A stretch of DNA of 64,000 bases from the human T2T-CHM13v2.0 reference genome, Homo sapiens. How positions within the stretch are numbered: position 1 is the first letter of the stretch; each line of letters starts with the position of its first letter. The notes beneath the pieces were generated by a model that made no database searches, was not told the DNA's origin, and saw nothing but the letters and a program-made list of their open reading frames with translations. Where the stretch lies: NCBI RefSeq assembly GCF_009914755.1, contig NC_060946.1. The stretch is one strand, 5' to 3'. The position numbers were made by a program, and so were the translations under genes. Shown one piece after another: positions 52,201-64,000 of the stretch.

Positions 52201-55200
52201 AAAGAAAGGTTCAACTCTGTTAGTTGAGTACACACATCACAAACAAGTTTCACAGAATGCTTCTTTCTAGCTTGTAGGGGAAGATATTCCCTTTATCACC
52301 ATGGGCCTCCAACCGTCCGAAACATCCACTTCCATATACTACAAAAAGAGCGTTTCAAACCTGCTCTATGAAAGGCAATGTTCAACTCTGTGACTTGAAT
52401 GCAGACATCACAGAGCAGTTTCTGAGAATGCTTCTGTCTAGATTTTATAGGAAGATATTCCCGTTTCCAACGAAATCTTCACAGCTATCCAAATATCCAC
52501 TTGCAGATTCTACAAAAAGAGTGTATCAAAACTGCTCTGTCAAAAGGAAGGTTCTTCTCTGTTAGGTGAGTGCATACGTCATAAAGGAGTTTCTGAGAAT
52601 GTTTCTGTCTAGTGGTTATGGGAAGATATTTGCTTTTTCACCGTAGGCCTCAGAGCGCTCCAAATATCCACTTGCACATACTACAAAAAGAGTGCCTCAA
52701 AGCTGCTCTCTGAAACGGAATGTTCAACTCTATGAGTTGAATGCAAACATCACAAAGACGTTTCTGAGAATGCTTCTGTCTAGATTTGATATGAAGATAT
52801 TCCCGTTTCCAACGAAATCTTCAAATCTATCCAAATGTCCACTTGCAGATTCAACAAAAAGTGTTTTTCAGAACTGCTCTATCAAAAGAAAGATCCACCT
52901 CTGTTAGCTGAGTTCACACATCACAAACAAGTTTATGAGAATGCTTCTGTCTAGTTTTTATTTGAAGATATTTCCTTTCTCACCATAGACCTGAAAGCTG
53001 TCCTAATGTTCACTTCCAGATACTACAGAAAGAGTGTTTCAAAACTGCTGTACGAAAGGGAATGTTCAACTCTGTGACTTGAATGCACACATCACAAAGA
53101 AGTTTCTGAGGATGCTGCTGTCTACTTTTTATACGTAATCCCGTTTCCAACGAAATCCTCCAAGCTATCCAAATATCCACTTGCAGATTCCACAGAAAGA
53201 CTGTTTCAAAACTGCTCTGTCAATAGAAAGGTTCAACTCTGTTAGCTGCGTGCATATATCCCAAAGAAGATTCTGAGATTCCTTCTGTCTAGTTTTTATG
53301 GGAAGATATTTCCCTTTTCACCGTAGGCGTCAAGGCGCTCCAAATGTCCACTTCCAGATACTACAAAAAGAGTGTTTCAAACCTACTCTGTGAAAGGGAA
53401 TATTCAACTCTGTGACTTGAATGCACATATCACAAAGAAGTTTCTGAGAATGCTTCTGTCGAGATTTTATATGAAGATATTCCCGTTTCCAACGAAATCC
53501 TGAAATCTATCCAAATATCCCCTCGCAGATTCTACAAAAAGAGTGTTTCAAAACTGCTCTGTAAAAAGAAAGGTTCAACTCTGTTAGTTGAGTACACACA
53601 TCACAAACAAGTTTCACAGAATGCTTCTTTCTAGCTTGTAGGGGAAGATATTCCCTTTATCACCATGGTCCTCAAACCGTCCGAAACGTCCACTTCCATA
53701 TACTACAAAAAGAGCGTTTCAAACCTGCTCTATGAAAGACAATGTTCAACTCTGTGACTTGAATGCAGACATCACAGAGCAGTTTCTGAGAATGCTTCTG
53801 TCTAGATTTTATAGGAAGATATTCCCGTTTCCAACGAAATCTTCACAGCTATCCAAATATCCACTTGCAGATTCTACAAAAAGAGTGTATCAAAACTGCT
53901 CTGTCAAAAGGAAGGTTCTTCTCTGTTAGGTGAGTGCATACGTCATAAAGGAGTTTCTGAGAATGTTTCTGTCTAGTGGTTATGGGAAGATATTTGCTTT
54001 TTCACCGTAGGCCTCAGAGCGCTCCAAATATCCACTTGCACATACTACAAAAAGAGTGCCTCAAAGCTGCTCTCTGAAACGGAATGTTCAACTCTATGAG
54101 TTGAATGCAAACATCACAAAGACGTTTCTGAGAATGCTTCTGTCTAGATTTGATATGAAGATATTCCCGTTTCCAACGAAATCTTCAAATCTATCCAAAT
54201 GTCCACTTGCAGATTCAACAAAAAGTGTTTTTCAGAACTGCTCTATCAAAAGAAAGATCCACCTCTGGTAGCTGAGTTCACACATCACAAACAAGTTTAT
54301 GAGAATGCTTCTGTCTAGTTTTTATTTGAAGATATTTCCTTTCTCACCATAGACCTGAAAGCTGTCCTAATGTTCACTTCCAGATACTACAGAAAGAGTG
54401 TTTCAAAACTGCTGTACGAAAGGGAATTTTCAACTCTGTGACTTGAATGCACACATCACAAAGAAGTTTCTGAGGATGCTGCTGTCTACTTTTTATACGT
54501 AATCCCGTTTCCAACGAAATCCTCCCAGCTATCCAAATATCCAGTTGCAGATTCCACAGAAAGACTGTTTCAAAACTGCTCTGTCAATAGAAAGGTTCAA
54601 CTCTGTTAGCTGCGTGCATATATCCCAAAGAAGATTCTGAGATTGCTTCTGTCTAGTTTTTATGGGAAGATATTTCCCTTTTCACCGTAGGCGTCAAGGC
54701 GCTCCAAATGTCCACTTCCAGATACTACAAAAAGAGTGTTTCAAACCTACTCTGTGAAAGGGAATATTCAACTCTGTGACTTGAATGCACATATCACAAA
54801 GAAGTTTCTGAGAATGCTTCTGTCGAGATTTTATATGAAGATATTCCCGTTTTCAACGAAATCCTGAAATCTATCCAAATATCCCCTCGCAGATTCTACA
54901 AAAAGAGTGTTTCAAAACTGCTCTGTAAAAAGAAAGGTTCAACTCTGTTAGTTGAGTACACACATCACAAACAAGTTTCACAGAATGCTTCTTTCTAGCT
55001 TGTAGGGGAAGATATTCCCTTTATCACCATGGTCCTCAAACCGTCCGAAACGTCCACTTCCATATACTACAAAAAGAGCGTTTCAAACCTGCTCTAGGAA
55101 AGGCAATGTTCAACTCTGTGACTTGAATGCAGACATCACAGAACAGTTTCTGAGAATGCTTCTGTCTAGATTTTATAGGAAGATATTCCCGTTTCCAACG

Positions 55201-58200
55201 AAATCTTCACAGCTATCCAAATATCCACTTGCAGATTCTACAAAAAGAGTGTATCAAAACTGCTCTGTCAAAAGGAAGGTTCCTCTCTGTTAGGTGAGTG
55301 CATACGTCATAAAGGAGTTTCTGAGAATGTTTCTGTCTAGTGGTTATGGGAAGATATTTGCTTTTTCACCGTAGGCCTCAGAGCGCTCCAAATATCCACT
55401 TGCACATACTACAAAAAGAGTGCCTCAAAGCTGCTCTCTGAAACGGAATGTTCAACTCTATGAGTTGAATGCAAACATCACAAAGACGTTTCTGAGAATG
55501 CTTCTGTCTAGATTTGATATGAAGATATTCCCGTTTCCAACGAAATCTTCAAATCTATCCAAATGTCCACTTGCAGATTCAACAAAAAGTGTTTTTCAGA
55601 ACTGCTCTATCAAAAGAAAGATCCACCTCTGTTAGCTGAGTTCACACATCACAAACAAGTTTATGAGAATGCTTCTGTCTAGTTTTTATTTGAAGATATT
55701 TCCTTTCTCACCATAGACCTGAAAGCTGTCCTAATGTTCACTTCCAGATACTACAGAAAGAGTGTTTCAAAACTGCTGTTCGAAAGGGAATTTTCAACTC
55801 TGTGACTTGAATGCACACATCACAAAGAAGTTTCTGAGGATGCTGCTGTCTACTTTTTATACGTAATCCCGTTTCCAACGAAATCCTCCAAGCTATCCAA
55901 ATATCCACTTGCAGATTCCACAGAAAGACTGTTTCAAAACTGCTCTGTCAATAGAAAGGTTCAACTCTGTTAGCTGCGTGCATATATCCCAAAGAAGATT
56001 CTGAGATTGCTTCTGTCTAGTTTTTATGGGAAGATATTTCCCTTTTCACCGTAGGCGTCAAGGCGCTCCAAATGTCCACTTCCAGATACTACAAAAAGAG
56101 TGTTTCAAACCTACTCTGTGAAAGCGAATATTCAACTCTGTGACTTGAATGCACATATCACAAAGAAGTTTCTGAGAATGCTTCTGTCGAGATTTTATAT
56201 GAAGATATTCCCGTTTCCAACGAAATCCTGAAATCTATCCAAATATCCCCTCGCAGATTCTACAAAAAGAGTGTTTCAAAACTGCTCTGTAAAAAGAAAG
56301 GTTCAACTCTGTTAGTTGAGTACACACATCACAAACAAGTTTCACAGAATGCTTCTTTCTAGCTTGTAGGGGAAGATATTCCCTTTATCACCATGGGCCT
56401 CCAACCGTCCGAAACGTCCACTTCCATATACTACCAAAAGAGCGTTTCAAACCTGCTCTAGGAAAGGCAATGTTCAACTCTCTGACTTGAATGCAGACAT
56501 CACAGAGCAGTTTCTGAGAATGCTTCTGTCTAGATTTTATAGGAAGATATTCCCGTTTCCAACGAAATCTTCACAGCTATCCAAATATCCACTTGCAGAT
56601 TCTACAAAAAGAGTGTATCAAAACTGCTCTGTCAAAAGGAAGGTTCTTCTCTGTTAGGTGAGTGCATACGTCATAAAGGAGTTTCTGAGAATGTTTCTGT
56701 CTAGTGGTTATGGGAAGATATTTGCTTTTTCCCCGTAGACCTCAGAGCGCTCCAAATGTCCACTTGCACATGCTACAAAAAGAGTGCTTCAAAGCTGCTC
56801 TCTGAAAGGGAATGTTCAACTCTATGAGTTGAATGTAAACATCACAAAGACGTTTCTGAGAATGCTTCTGTCTAGATTTGATATGAAGATATTCCCGTTT
56901 CCAACGAAATCTTCAAATCTATCCAAATGTCCACTTGCAGATTCAACAAAAAGTGTTTTTCAAAACTGCTGTATCAAAAGAAAGATCCACGTCTGTTAGC
57001 TGAGTTCACACATCACAAACAAGTTTATGAGAATGCTTCTGTCTAGTTTTTATTTGAAGATATTTCCTTTCTCACCATAGACCTGAAAGCTGTCCTAATG
57101 TTCACTTCCAGATACTACAGAAAGAGTGTTTCAAAACTGCTGTACGAAAGGGAATGTTCAACTCTGTGACTTGAATGCACACATCACAAAGAAGTTTCTG
57201 AGGATGCTGCTGTCTACTTTTTATACGTAATCCCGTTTCCAACGAAATCCTCCAAGCTATCCAAATATCCACTTGCAGATTCCACAGAAAGACTGTTTCA
57301 AAACTGCTCTGTCAATAGAAAGGTTCAACTCTGTTAGCTGCGTGCATATATCCCAAAGAAGATTTTGAGATTGCTTCTGTCTAGTTTTTATGGGAAGATA
57401 TTTCCCTTTTCACCGTAGGTGTCAAGGCTCTCCAAATGTCCACTTCCAGATACTACAAAAAGAGTGTTTCAAACCTACTCTGTGAAAGGGAATATTCAAC
57501 TCTGTGACTTGAATGCACATATCACAAAGAAGTTTCTGAGAATGCTTCTGTCGAGATTTTATATGAAGATATTCCCGTTTCCAAAGAAATCCTGAAATCT
57601 ATCCAAATATCCCCTCGCAGATTCTACAAAAAGAGTGTTTCAAAACTGCTCTGTAAAAAGAAAGGTTCAACTCTGTTAGTTGAGTACACACATCACAAAC
57701 AAGTTTCACAGAATGCTTCTTTCTAGCTTGTAGGGGAAGATATTCCCTTTATCACCATGGGCCTCCAACCGTCCGAAACGTCCACTTCCATATACTACAA
57801 AAAGAGCGTTTCAAACCTGCTCTATGAAAGGCAATGTTCAACTCTGTGACTTGAATGCAGACATCACAGAGCAGTTTCTGAGAATGCTTCTGTCTAGATT
57901 TTATAGGAAGATATTCCCGTTTCCAACGAAATCTTCACAGCTATCCAAATATCCACTTGCAGATTCTACAAAAAGAGTGTATCAAAACTGCTCTGTCAAA
58001 AGGAAGGTTCTTCTCTGTTAGGTGAGTGCATACGTCATAAAGGAGTTTCTGAGAATGTTTCTGTCTAGTGGTTATGGGAAGATATTTGCTTTTTCACCGT
58101 AGGCCTCAGAGCGCTCCAAATATCCACTTGCACATACTACAAAAAGAGTGCCTCAAAGCTGCTCTTTGAAACGGAATGTTCAACTCTATGAGTTGAATGC

Positions 58201-58699
58201 AAACATCACAAAGACGTTTCTGAGAATGCTTCTGTCTAGATTTGATATGAAGATATTCCCGTTTCCAACGAAATCTTCAAATCTATCCAAATGTCCACTT
58301 GCAGATTCAACAAAAAGTGTTTTTCAGAACTGCTCTATCAAAAGAAAGATCCACCTCTGTTAGCTGAGTTCACACATCACAAACAAGTTTATGAGAATGC
58401 TTCTGTCTAGTTTTTATTTGAAGATATTTCCTTTCTCACCATAGACCTGAAAGCTGTCCTAATGTTCACTTCCAGATACTACAGAAAGAGTGTTTCAATA
58501 CTGCTGTACGAAAGGGAATGTTCAACTCTGTGACTTGAATGCACACATCACAAAGAAGTTTCTGAGGATGCTGCTGTCTACTTTTTATACGTAATCCCGT
58601 TTCCAATGAAATCCTCCAAGCTATCCAAATATCCAGTTGCAGATTCCACAGAAAGACTGTTTCAAAACTGCTCTGTCAATAGAAAGGTTCAACTCTGTT

Positions 58700-61600
58700 A
58701 GCTGCGTGCATATATCCCAAAGAAGATTCTGAGATTGCTTCTGTCTAGTTTTTATGGGAAGATATTTCCCTTTTCACCGTAGGCGTCAAGGCGCTCCAAA
58801 TGTCCACTTCCAGATACTACAAAAAGAGTGTTTCAAACCTACTCTGTGAAAGGGAATATTCAACTCTGTGACTTGAATGCAGATATCACAAAGAAGTTTC
58901 TGAGAATGCTTCTGTCGAGATTTTATATGAAGATATTCCCGTTTCCAACGAAATCCTGAAATCTATCCAAATATCCCCTCGCAGATTCTACAAAAAGAGT
59001 GTTTCAAAACTGTTCTGTAAAAAGAAAGGTTCAACTCTGTTAGTTGAGTACACACATCACAAACAAGTATCACAGAATGCTTCTTTCTAGCTTGTAGGGA
59101 AAGATATTCCCTTTATCACCATGGGCCTCAAACCGTCCGAAACGTCCACTTCCATATACTTCAAAAAGAGCGTTTCAAACCTGCTCTATGAAAGGCAATG
59201 TTCAACTCTGTGACTTGAATGCAGACATCACAGAGCTGTTTCTGAGAATGCTTCTATATAGATTTTATAGGATGATATTCCCGTTTCCAACGAAATCTTC
59301 ACAGCTATCCAAATATCCACTTGCAGATTCTACAAAAAGAGTGTATCCAAACTGCTCTGGCAAAAGGAAGGTTCTTCTCTGTTAGGTGAGTGCATACGTC
59401 ATAAAGGAGTTTCTGAGAATGTTTCTGTCTAGTGGTTATGGGAAGATATTTGCTTTTTCACCGTAGGCCTCAGAGCGCTCCAAATATCCACTTGCACATA
59501 CTACAAAAAGAGTGCCTCAAAGCTGCTCTCTGAAATGGAATGTTCAACTCTATGAGTTGAATGCAAACATCACAAAGACGTTTCTGAGAATGCTTCTGTC
59601 TAGATTTGATATGAAGATATTCCCGTTTCCAACGAAATCTTCTAATCTATCCAAATGTCCACTTGCAGATTCAACAAAAAGTGTTTTTCAGAACTGCTCT
59701 ATCAAAAGAAAGATCCACCTCTGTTAGCTGAGTTCACACATCCAAACAAGTTTATGAGAATGCTTCTGTCTAGTTTTTATTTGAAGATACTTCCTTTCTC
59801 ACCATAGACCTGAAAGCTGTCCTAATGTTCACTTCCAGATACCACAGAAAGAGTGTTTAAAAACTGCTGTACGAAAGGGAATGTTCAACTCTGTGACTTG
59901 AATGCACACATCACAAAGAAGTTTCTGAGGATGCTGCTGTCTACTTTTTATACGTAATCCCGTTTCCAACGAAATCCTCCAAGCTATCCAAATATCCACT
60001 TGCAGATTCCACAGAAAGACTGTTTCAAAACTGCTCTGTCAATAGAAAGGTTCAACTCTGTTAGCTGCGTGCATATATCCCAAAGAAGATTCTGAGATTG
60101 CTTCTGTCTAGTTTTTATGGGAAGATATTTCCCTTTTCACCGTAGGTGTCAAGGCGCTCCAAATGTCCACTTCCAGATACTACAAAAAGAGTGTTTCAAA
60201 CCTGCTCTGTGATAGGGAATATTCAACTCTGTGACTTTAATGCACATATCACAAAGAAGTTTCTGAGAATGCTTCTGTCGAGATTTTATATGAAGATATT
60301 CCCGTTTCCAAAGAAATCCTGAAATCTATCCAAATATCCCCTCGCAGATTCTACAAAAAGAGTGTTTCAAAACTGCTCTGTAAAAAGAAAGGTTCAACTC
60401 TGTTAGTTGAGTACACACATCACAAACAAGTTTCACAGAATGCTTCTTTCTAGCTTGTAGGGGAAGATATTCCCTTTATCACCATGGGCCTCCAACCGTC
60501 CGAAACGTCCACTTCCATATACTACAAAAAGAGCGTTTCAAACCTGCTCTAGGAAAGGCAATGTTCAACTCTGTGACTTGAATGCAGACATCACAGAGCA
60601 GTTTCTGAGAATGCTTCTGTCTAGATTTTATAGGAAGATATTCCCGTTTCCAACGAAATCTTCACAGCTATCCAAATATCCACTTGCAGATTCTACAAAA
60701 AGAGTGTATCAAAACTGCTCTGTCAAAAGGAAGGTTCTTCTCTGTTAGGTGAGTGCATACGTCATAAAGCAGTTTCTGAGAATGTTTCTGTCTAGTGGTT
60801 ATGGGAAGATATTTGCTTTTTCACCGTAGGCCTCAGAGCGCTCCAAATATCCACTTGCACATACTACAAAAAGAGTGCCTCAAAGCTGCTCTTTGAAACG
60901 GAATGTTCAACTCTATGAGTTGAATGCAAACATCACAAAGACGTTTCTGAGAATGCTTCTGTCTAGATTTGATATGAAGATATTCCCGTTTCCAACGAAA
61001 TCTTCAAATCTATCCAAATGTCCACTTGCAGATTCAACAAAAAGTGTTTTTCAGAACTGCTCTATCAAAAGAAAGATCCACCTCTGTTAGCTGAGTTCAC
61101 ACATCACAAACAAGTTTATGAGAATGCTTCTGTCTAGTTTTTATTTGAAGATATTTCCTTTCTCACCATAGACCTGAAAGCTGTCCTAATGTTCACTTCC
61201 AGATACTACAGAAAGAGTGTTTCAAAACTGCTGTACGAAAGGGAATGTTCAACTCTGTGACTTGAATGCACACATCACAAAGAAGTTTCTGAGGATGCTG
61301 CTGTCTACTTTTTATACGTAATCCCGTTTCCAACGAAATCCTCCAAGCTATCCAAATATCCACTTGCAGATTCCACAGAAAGACTGTTTCAAAACTGCTC
61401 TGTCAATAGAAAGGTTCAACTCTGTTAGCTGCGTGCATATATCCCAAAGAAGATTCTGAGATTGCTTCTGTCTAGTTTTTATGGGAAGATATTTCCCTTT
61501 TCACCGTAGGCGTCAAGGCGCTCCAAATGTCCACTTCCAGATACTACAAAAAGAGTGTTTCAAACGTACTCTGTGAAAGGGAATATTCAACTCTGTGACT

Positions 61601-63900
61601 TGAATGCAGATATCACAAAGAAGTTTCTGAGAATGCTTCTGTCGAGATTTTATATGAAGATATTCCCGTTTCCAACGAAATCCTGAAATCTATCCAAATA
61701 TCCCCTCGCAGATTCTACAAAAAGAGTGTTTCAAAACTGTTCTGTAAAAAGAAAGGTTCAACTCTGTTAGTTGAGTACACACATCACAAACAAGTATCAC
61801 AGAATGCTTCTTTCTAGCTTGTAGGGAAAGATATTCCCTTTATCACCATGGGCCTCAAACCGTCCGAAACGTCCACTTCCATATACTTCAAAAAGAGCGT
61901 TTCAAACCTGCTCTATGAAAGGCAATGTTCAACTCTGTGACTTGAATGCATACATCACAGAGCTGTTTCTGAGAATGCTTCTATCTAGATTTTATAGGAT
62001 GATATTCCCGTTTCCAACGAAATCTTCACAGCTATCCAAATATCCACTTGCAGATTCTACAAAAAGAGTGTATCCAAACTGCTCTGGCAAAAGGAAGGTT
62101 CTTCTCTGTTAGGTGAGTGCATACGTCATAAAGGAGTTTCTGAGAATGTTTCTGTCTAGTGGTTATGGGAAGATATTTGCTTTTTCACCGTAGGCCTCAG
62201 AGCGCTCCAAATATCCACTTGCACATACTACAAAAAGAGTGCCTCAAAGCTGCTCTCTGAAATGGAATGTTCAACTCTATGAGTTGAATGCAAACATCAC
62301 AAAGACGTTTCTGAGAATGCTTCTGTCTAGATTTGATATGAAGATATTCCCGTTTCCAACGAAATCTTCAAATCTATCCAAATGTCCACTTGCAGATTCA
62401 ACAAAAAGTGTTTTTCAGAACTGCTCTATCAAAAGAAAGATCCACCTCTGTTAGCTGAGTTCACACATCCAAACAAGTTTATGAGAATGCTTCTGTCTAG
62501 TTTTTATTTGAAGATATTTCCTTTCTCACCATAGACCTGAAAGCTGTCCTAATGTTCACTTCCAGATACCACAGAAAGAGTGTTTAAAAACTGCTGTACG
62601 AAAGGGAATGTTCAACTCTGTGACTTGAATGCACACATCACAAAGAAGTTTCTGAGGATGCTGCTGTCTACTTTTTATACGTAATCCCGTTTCCAACGAA
62701 ATCCTCCAAGCTATCCAAATATCCACTTGCAGATTCCACAGAAAGACTGTTTCAAAACTGCTCTGTCAATAGAAAGGTTCAACTCTGTTAGCTGCGTGCA
62801 TATATCCCAAAGAAGATTCTGAGATTGCTTCTGTCTAGTTTTTATGGGAAGATATTTCCCTTTTCACCGTAGGTGTCAAGGCGCTCCAAATGTCCACTTC
62901 CAGATACTACAAAAAGAGTGTTTCAAACCTGCTCTGTGATAGGGAATATTCAACTCTGTGACTTTAATGCACATATCACAAAGAAGTTTCTGAGAATGCT
63001 TCTGTCGAGATTTTATATGAAGATATTCCCGTTTCCAAAGAAATCCTGAAATCTATCCAAATATCCCCTCGCAGATTCTACAAAAAGAGTGTTTCAAAAC
63101 TGCTCTGTAAAAAGAAAGGTTCAACTCTGTTAGTTGAGTACACACATCACAAACAAGTTTCACAGAATGCTTCTTTCTAGCTTGTAGGGGAAGATATTCC
63201 CTTTATCACCATGGGCCTCCAACCGTCCGAAACGTCCACTTCCATATACTACAAAAAGAGCGTTTCAAACCTGCTCTATGAAAGGCAATGTTCAACTCTG
63301 TGACTTGAATGCAGACATCACAGAGCAGTTTCTGAGAATGCTTCTGTCTAGATTTTATAAGAAGATATTCCCGTTTCCAACGAAATCTTCACAGCTATCC
63401 AAATATCCACTTGCAGATTCTACAAAAAGAGTGTATCAAAACTGCTCTGTCAAAAGGAAGGTTCTTCTCTGTTACGTGAGTGCATACGTCATAAAGGAGT
63501 TTCTGAGAATGTTTCTGTCTAGTGGTTATGGGAAGATATTTGCTTTTTCACCGTAGGCCTCAGAGCGCTCCAAATATCCACTTGCACATACTACAAAAAG
63601 AGTGCCTCAAAGCTGCTCTTTGAAACGGAATATTCAACTCTATGAGTTGAATGCAAACATCACAAAGACGTTTCTGAGAATGCTTCTGTCTAGATTTGAT
63701 ATGAAGATATTCCCGTTTCCAACGAAATCTTCAAATCTATCCAAATGTCCACTTGCAGATTCAACAAAAAGTGTTTTTCAGAACTGCTCTATCAAAAGAA
63801 AGATCCACCTCTGTTAGCTGAGTTCACACATCACAAACAAGTTTATGAGAATGCTTCTGTCTAGTTTTTATTTGAAGATATTTCCTTTCTCACCATAGAC
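58700..63900. repeat. Adjacent related 2-HOR (2727-bp) blocks
   Basis: ORF variants pair at +2727 (59188/61915, 59512/62239, 60875/63602); both blocks carry the 1-bp deletion (~59743/62470), gatagg and a broken box 1; several private differences remain. Confidence 0.75.
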
Positions 63901-64000
63901 CTGAAAGCTGTCCTAATGTTCACTTCCAGATACTACTTAAAGAGTGTTTCAAAACTGCTGTATGAAAGGGAATGTTCAACTCTGTGACTTGAATGCACAC

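Larger units (their letters stand above)
1..64000 (-). repeat. Centromeric alpha-satellite higher-order repeat array: 8-mer, 1364-bp unit, ~47 copies, SF2 (D1/D2)-type monomers; probably the chr14/22 active array (D14Z9/D22Z1)
   Basis: Alphoid motifs (ttctgagaatgcttctgtctag, gttcaactctgtgacttgaatgca, aaaagagtgtttcaaaactgctct) recur every ~171 bp. The same 71-aa pseudo-ORF starts 47 times at 1364-bp spacing (864, 2228, 3592 ... 63602; five intervals are 1362-1363 bp). CENP-B boxes read on the minus strand throughout. Alpha-satellite HOR is essentially certain; the chromosome assignment is recalled and only moderately confident (~0.65). Confidence 0.98.

Noticed and set aside
864-63817. 47 near-identical 71-98 aa ORFs (MPQSCSLK.../MLQSCSLK...) and ~20 ORFs of 65-113 aa as a gene family
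   Set aside because: They are translations of alpha-satellite monomers recurring with the HOR period. Many start at GTG/TTG, their presence toggles with single SNPs (agg/atg), and there is no domain similarity or gene context.
1-64000. CRISPR-like array of regularly spaced conserved 17-mers
   Set aside because: The motifs are CENP-B boxes, the intervening sequence is itself repeated rather than unique spacers, and there are no cas genes.
1-64000. Hidden insertion, transposon, inversion or novel system within the array
   Set aside because: Unit spacing never exceeds 1364 bp, leaving no room for an insert; all motifs stay on one strand.
1-64000. A fixed 16-mer (2-HOR) or 24-mer (3-HOR) true repeat unit
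   Set aside because: The 2728- and 4092-bp periodicities are local pairs only; no alternation persists across the window.

Overview
The whole 64 kb window is one uninterrupted, single-orientation tandem array of primate (human-type) centromeric alpha satellite. It consists of ~171-bp monomers organised as an 8-monomer, 1364-bp higher-order repeat (HOR), about 47 copies. CENP-B-box (B-type) and pJalpha/A-type monomers alternate strictly, and the monomers resemble suprachromosomal family 2 (D1/D2). An SF2 8-mer with one conserved TaqI site per unit best fits the chr14/22 active array (D14Z9/D22Z1); this is an inference from memory, not a database match. I see no genes, RNA genes, transposon insertions, inversions or monomer-deletion HOR variants, and all listed ORFs are by-products of the repeat. 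I found no new biological system. The informative structure is in the variants between HOR copies: a CENP-B-box-breaking allele in 20 of 47 copies at one box position, several linked HOR haplotypes, recent 2-HOR and 3-HOR tandem duplications, multi-HOR blocks recurring 13, 31 and 40 HORs apart, and short gene-conversion-like patches. All counts were made by eye.
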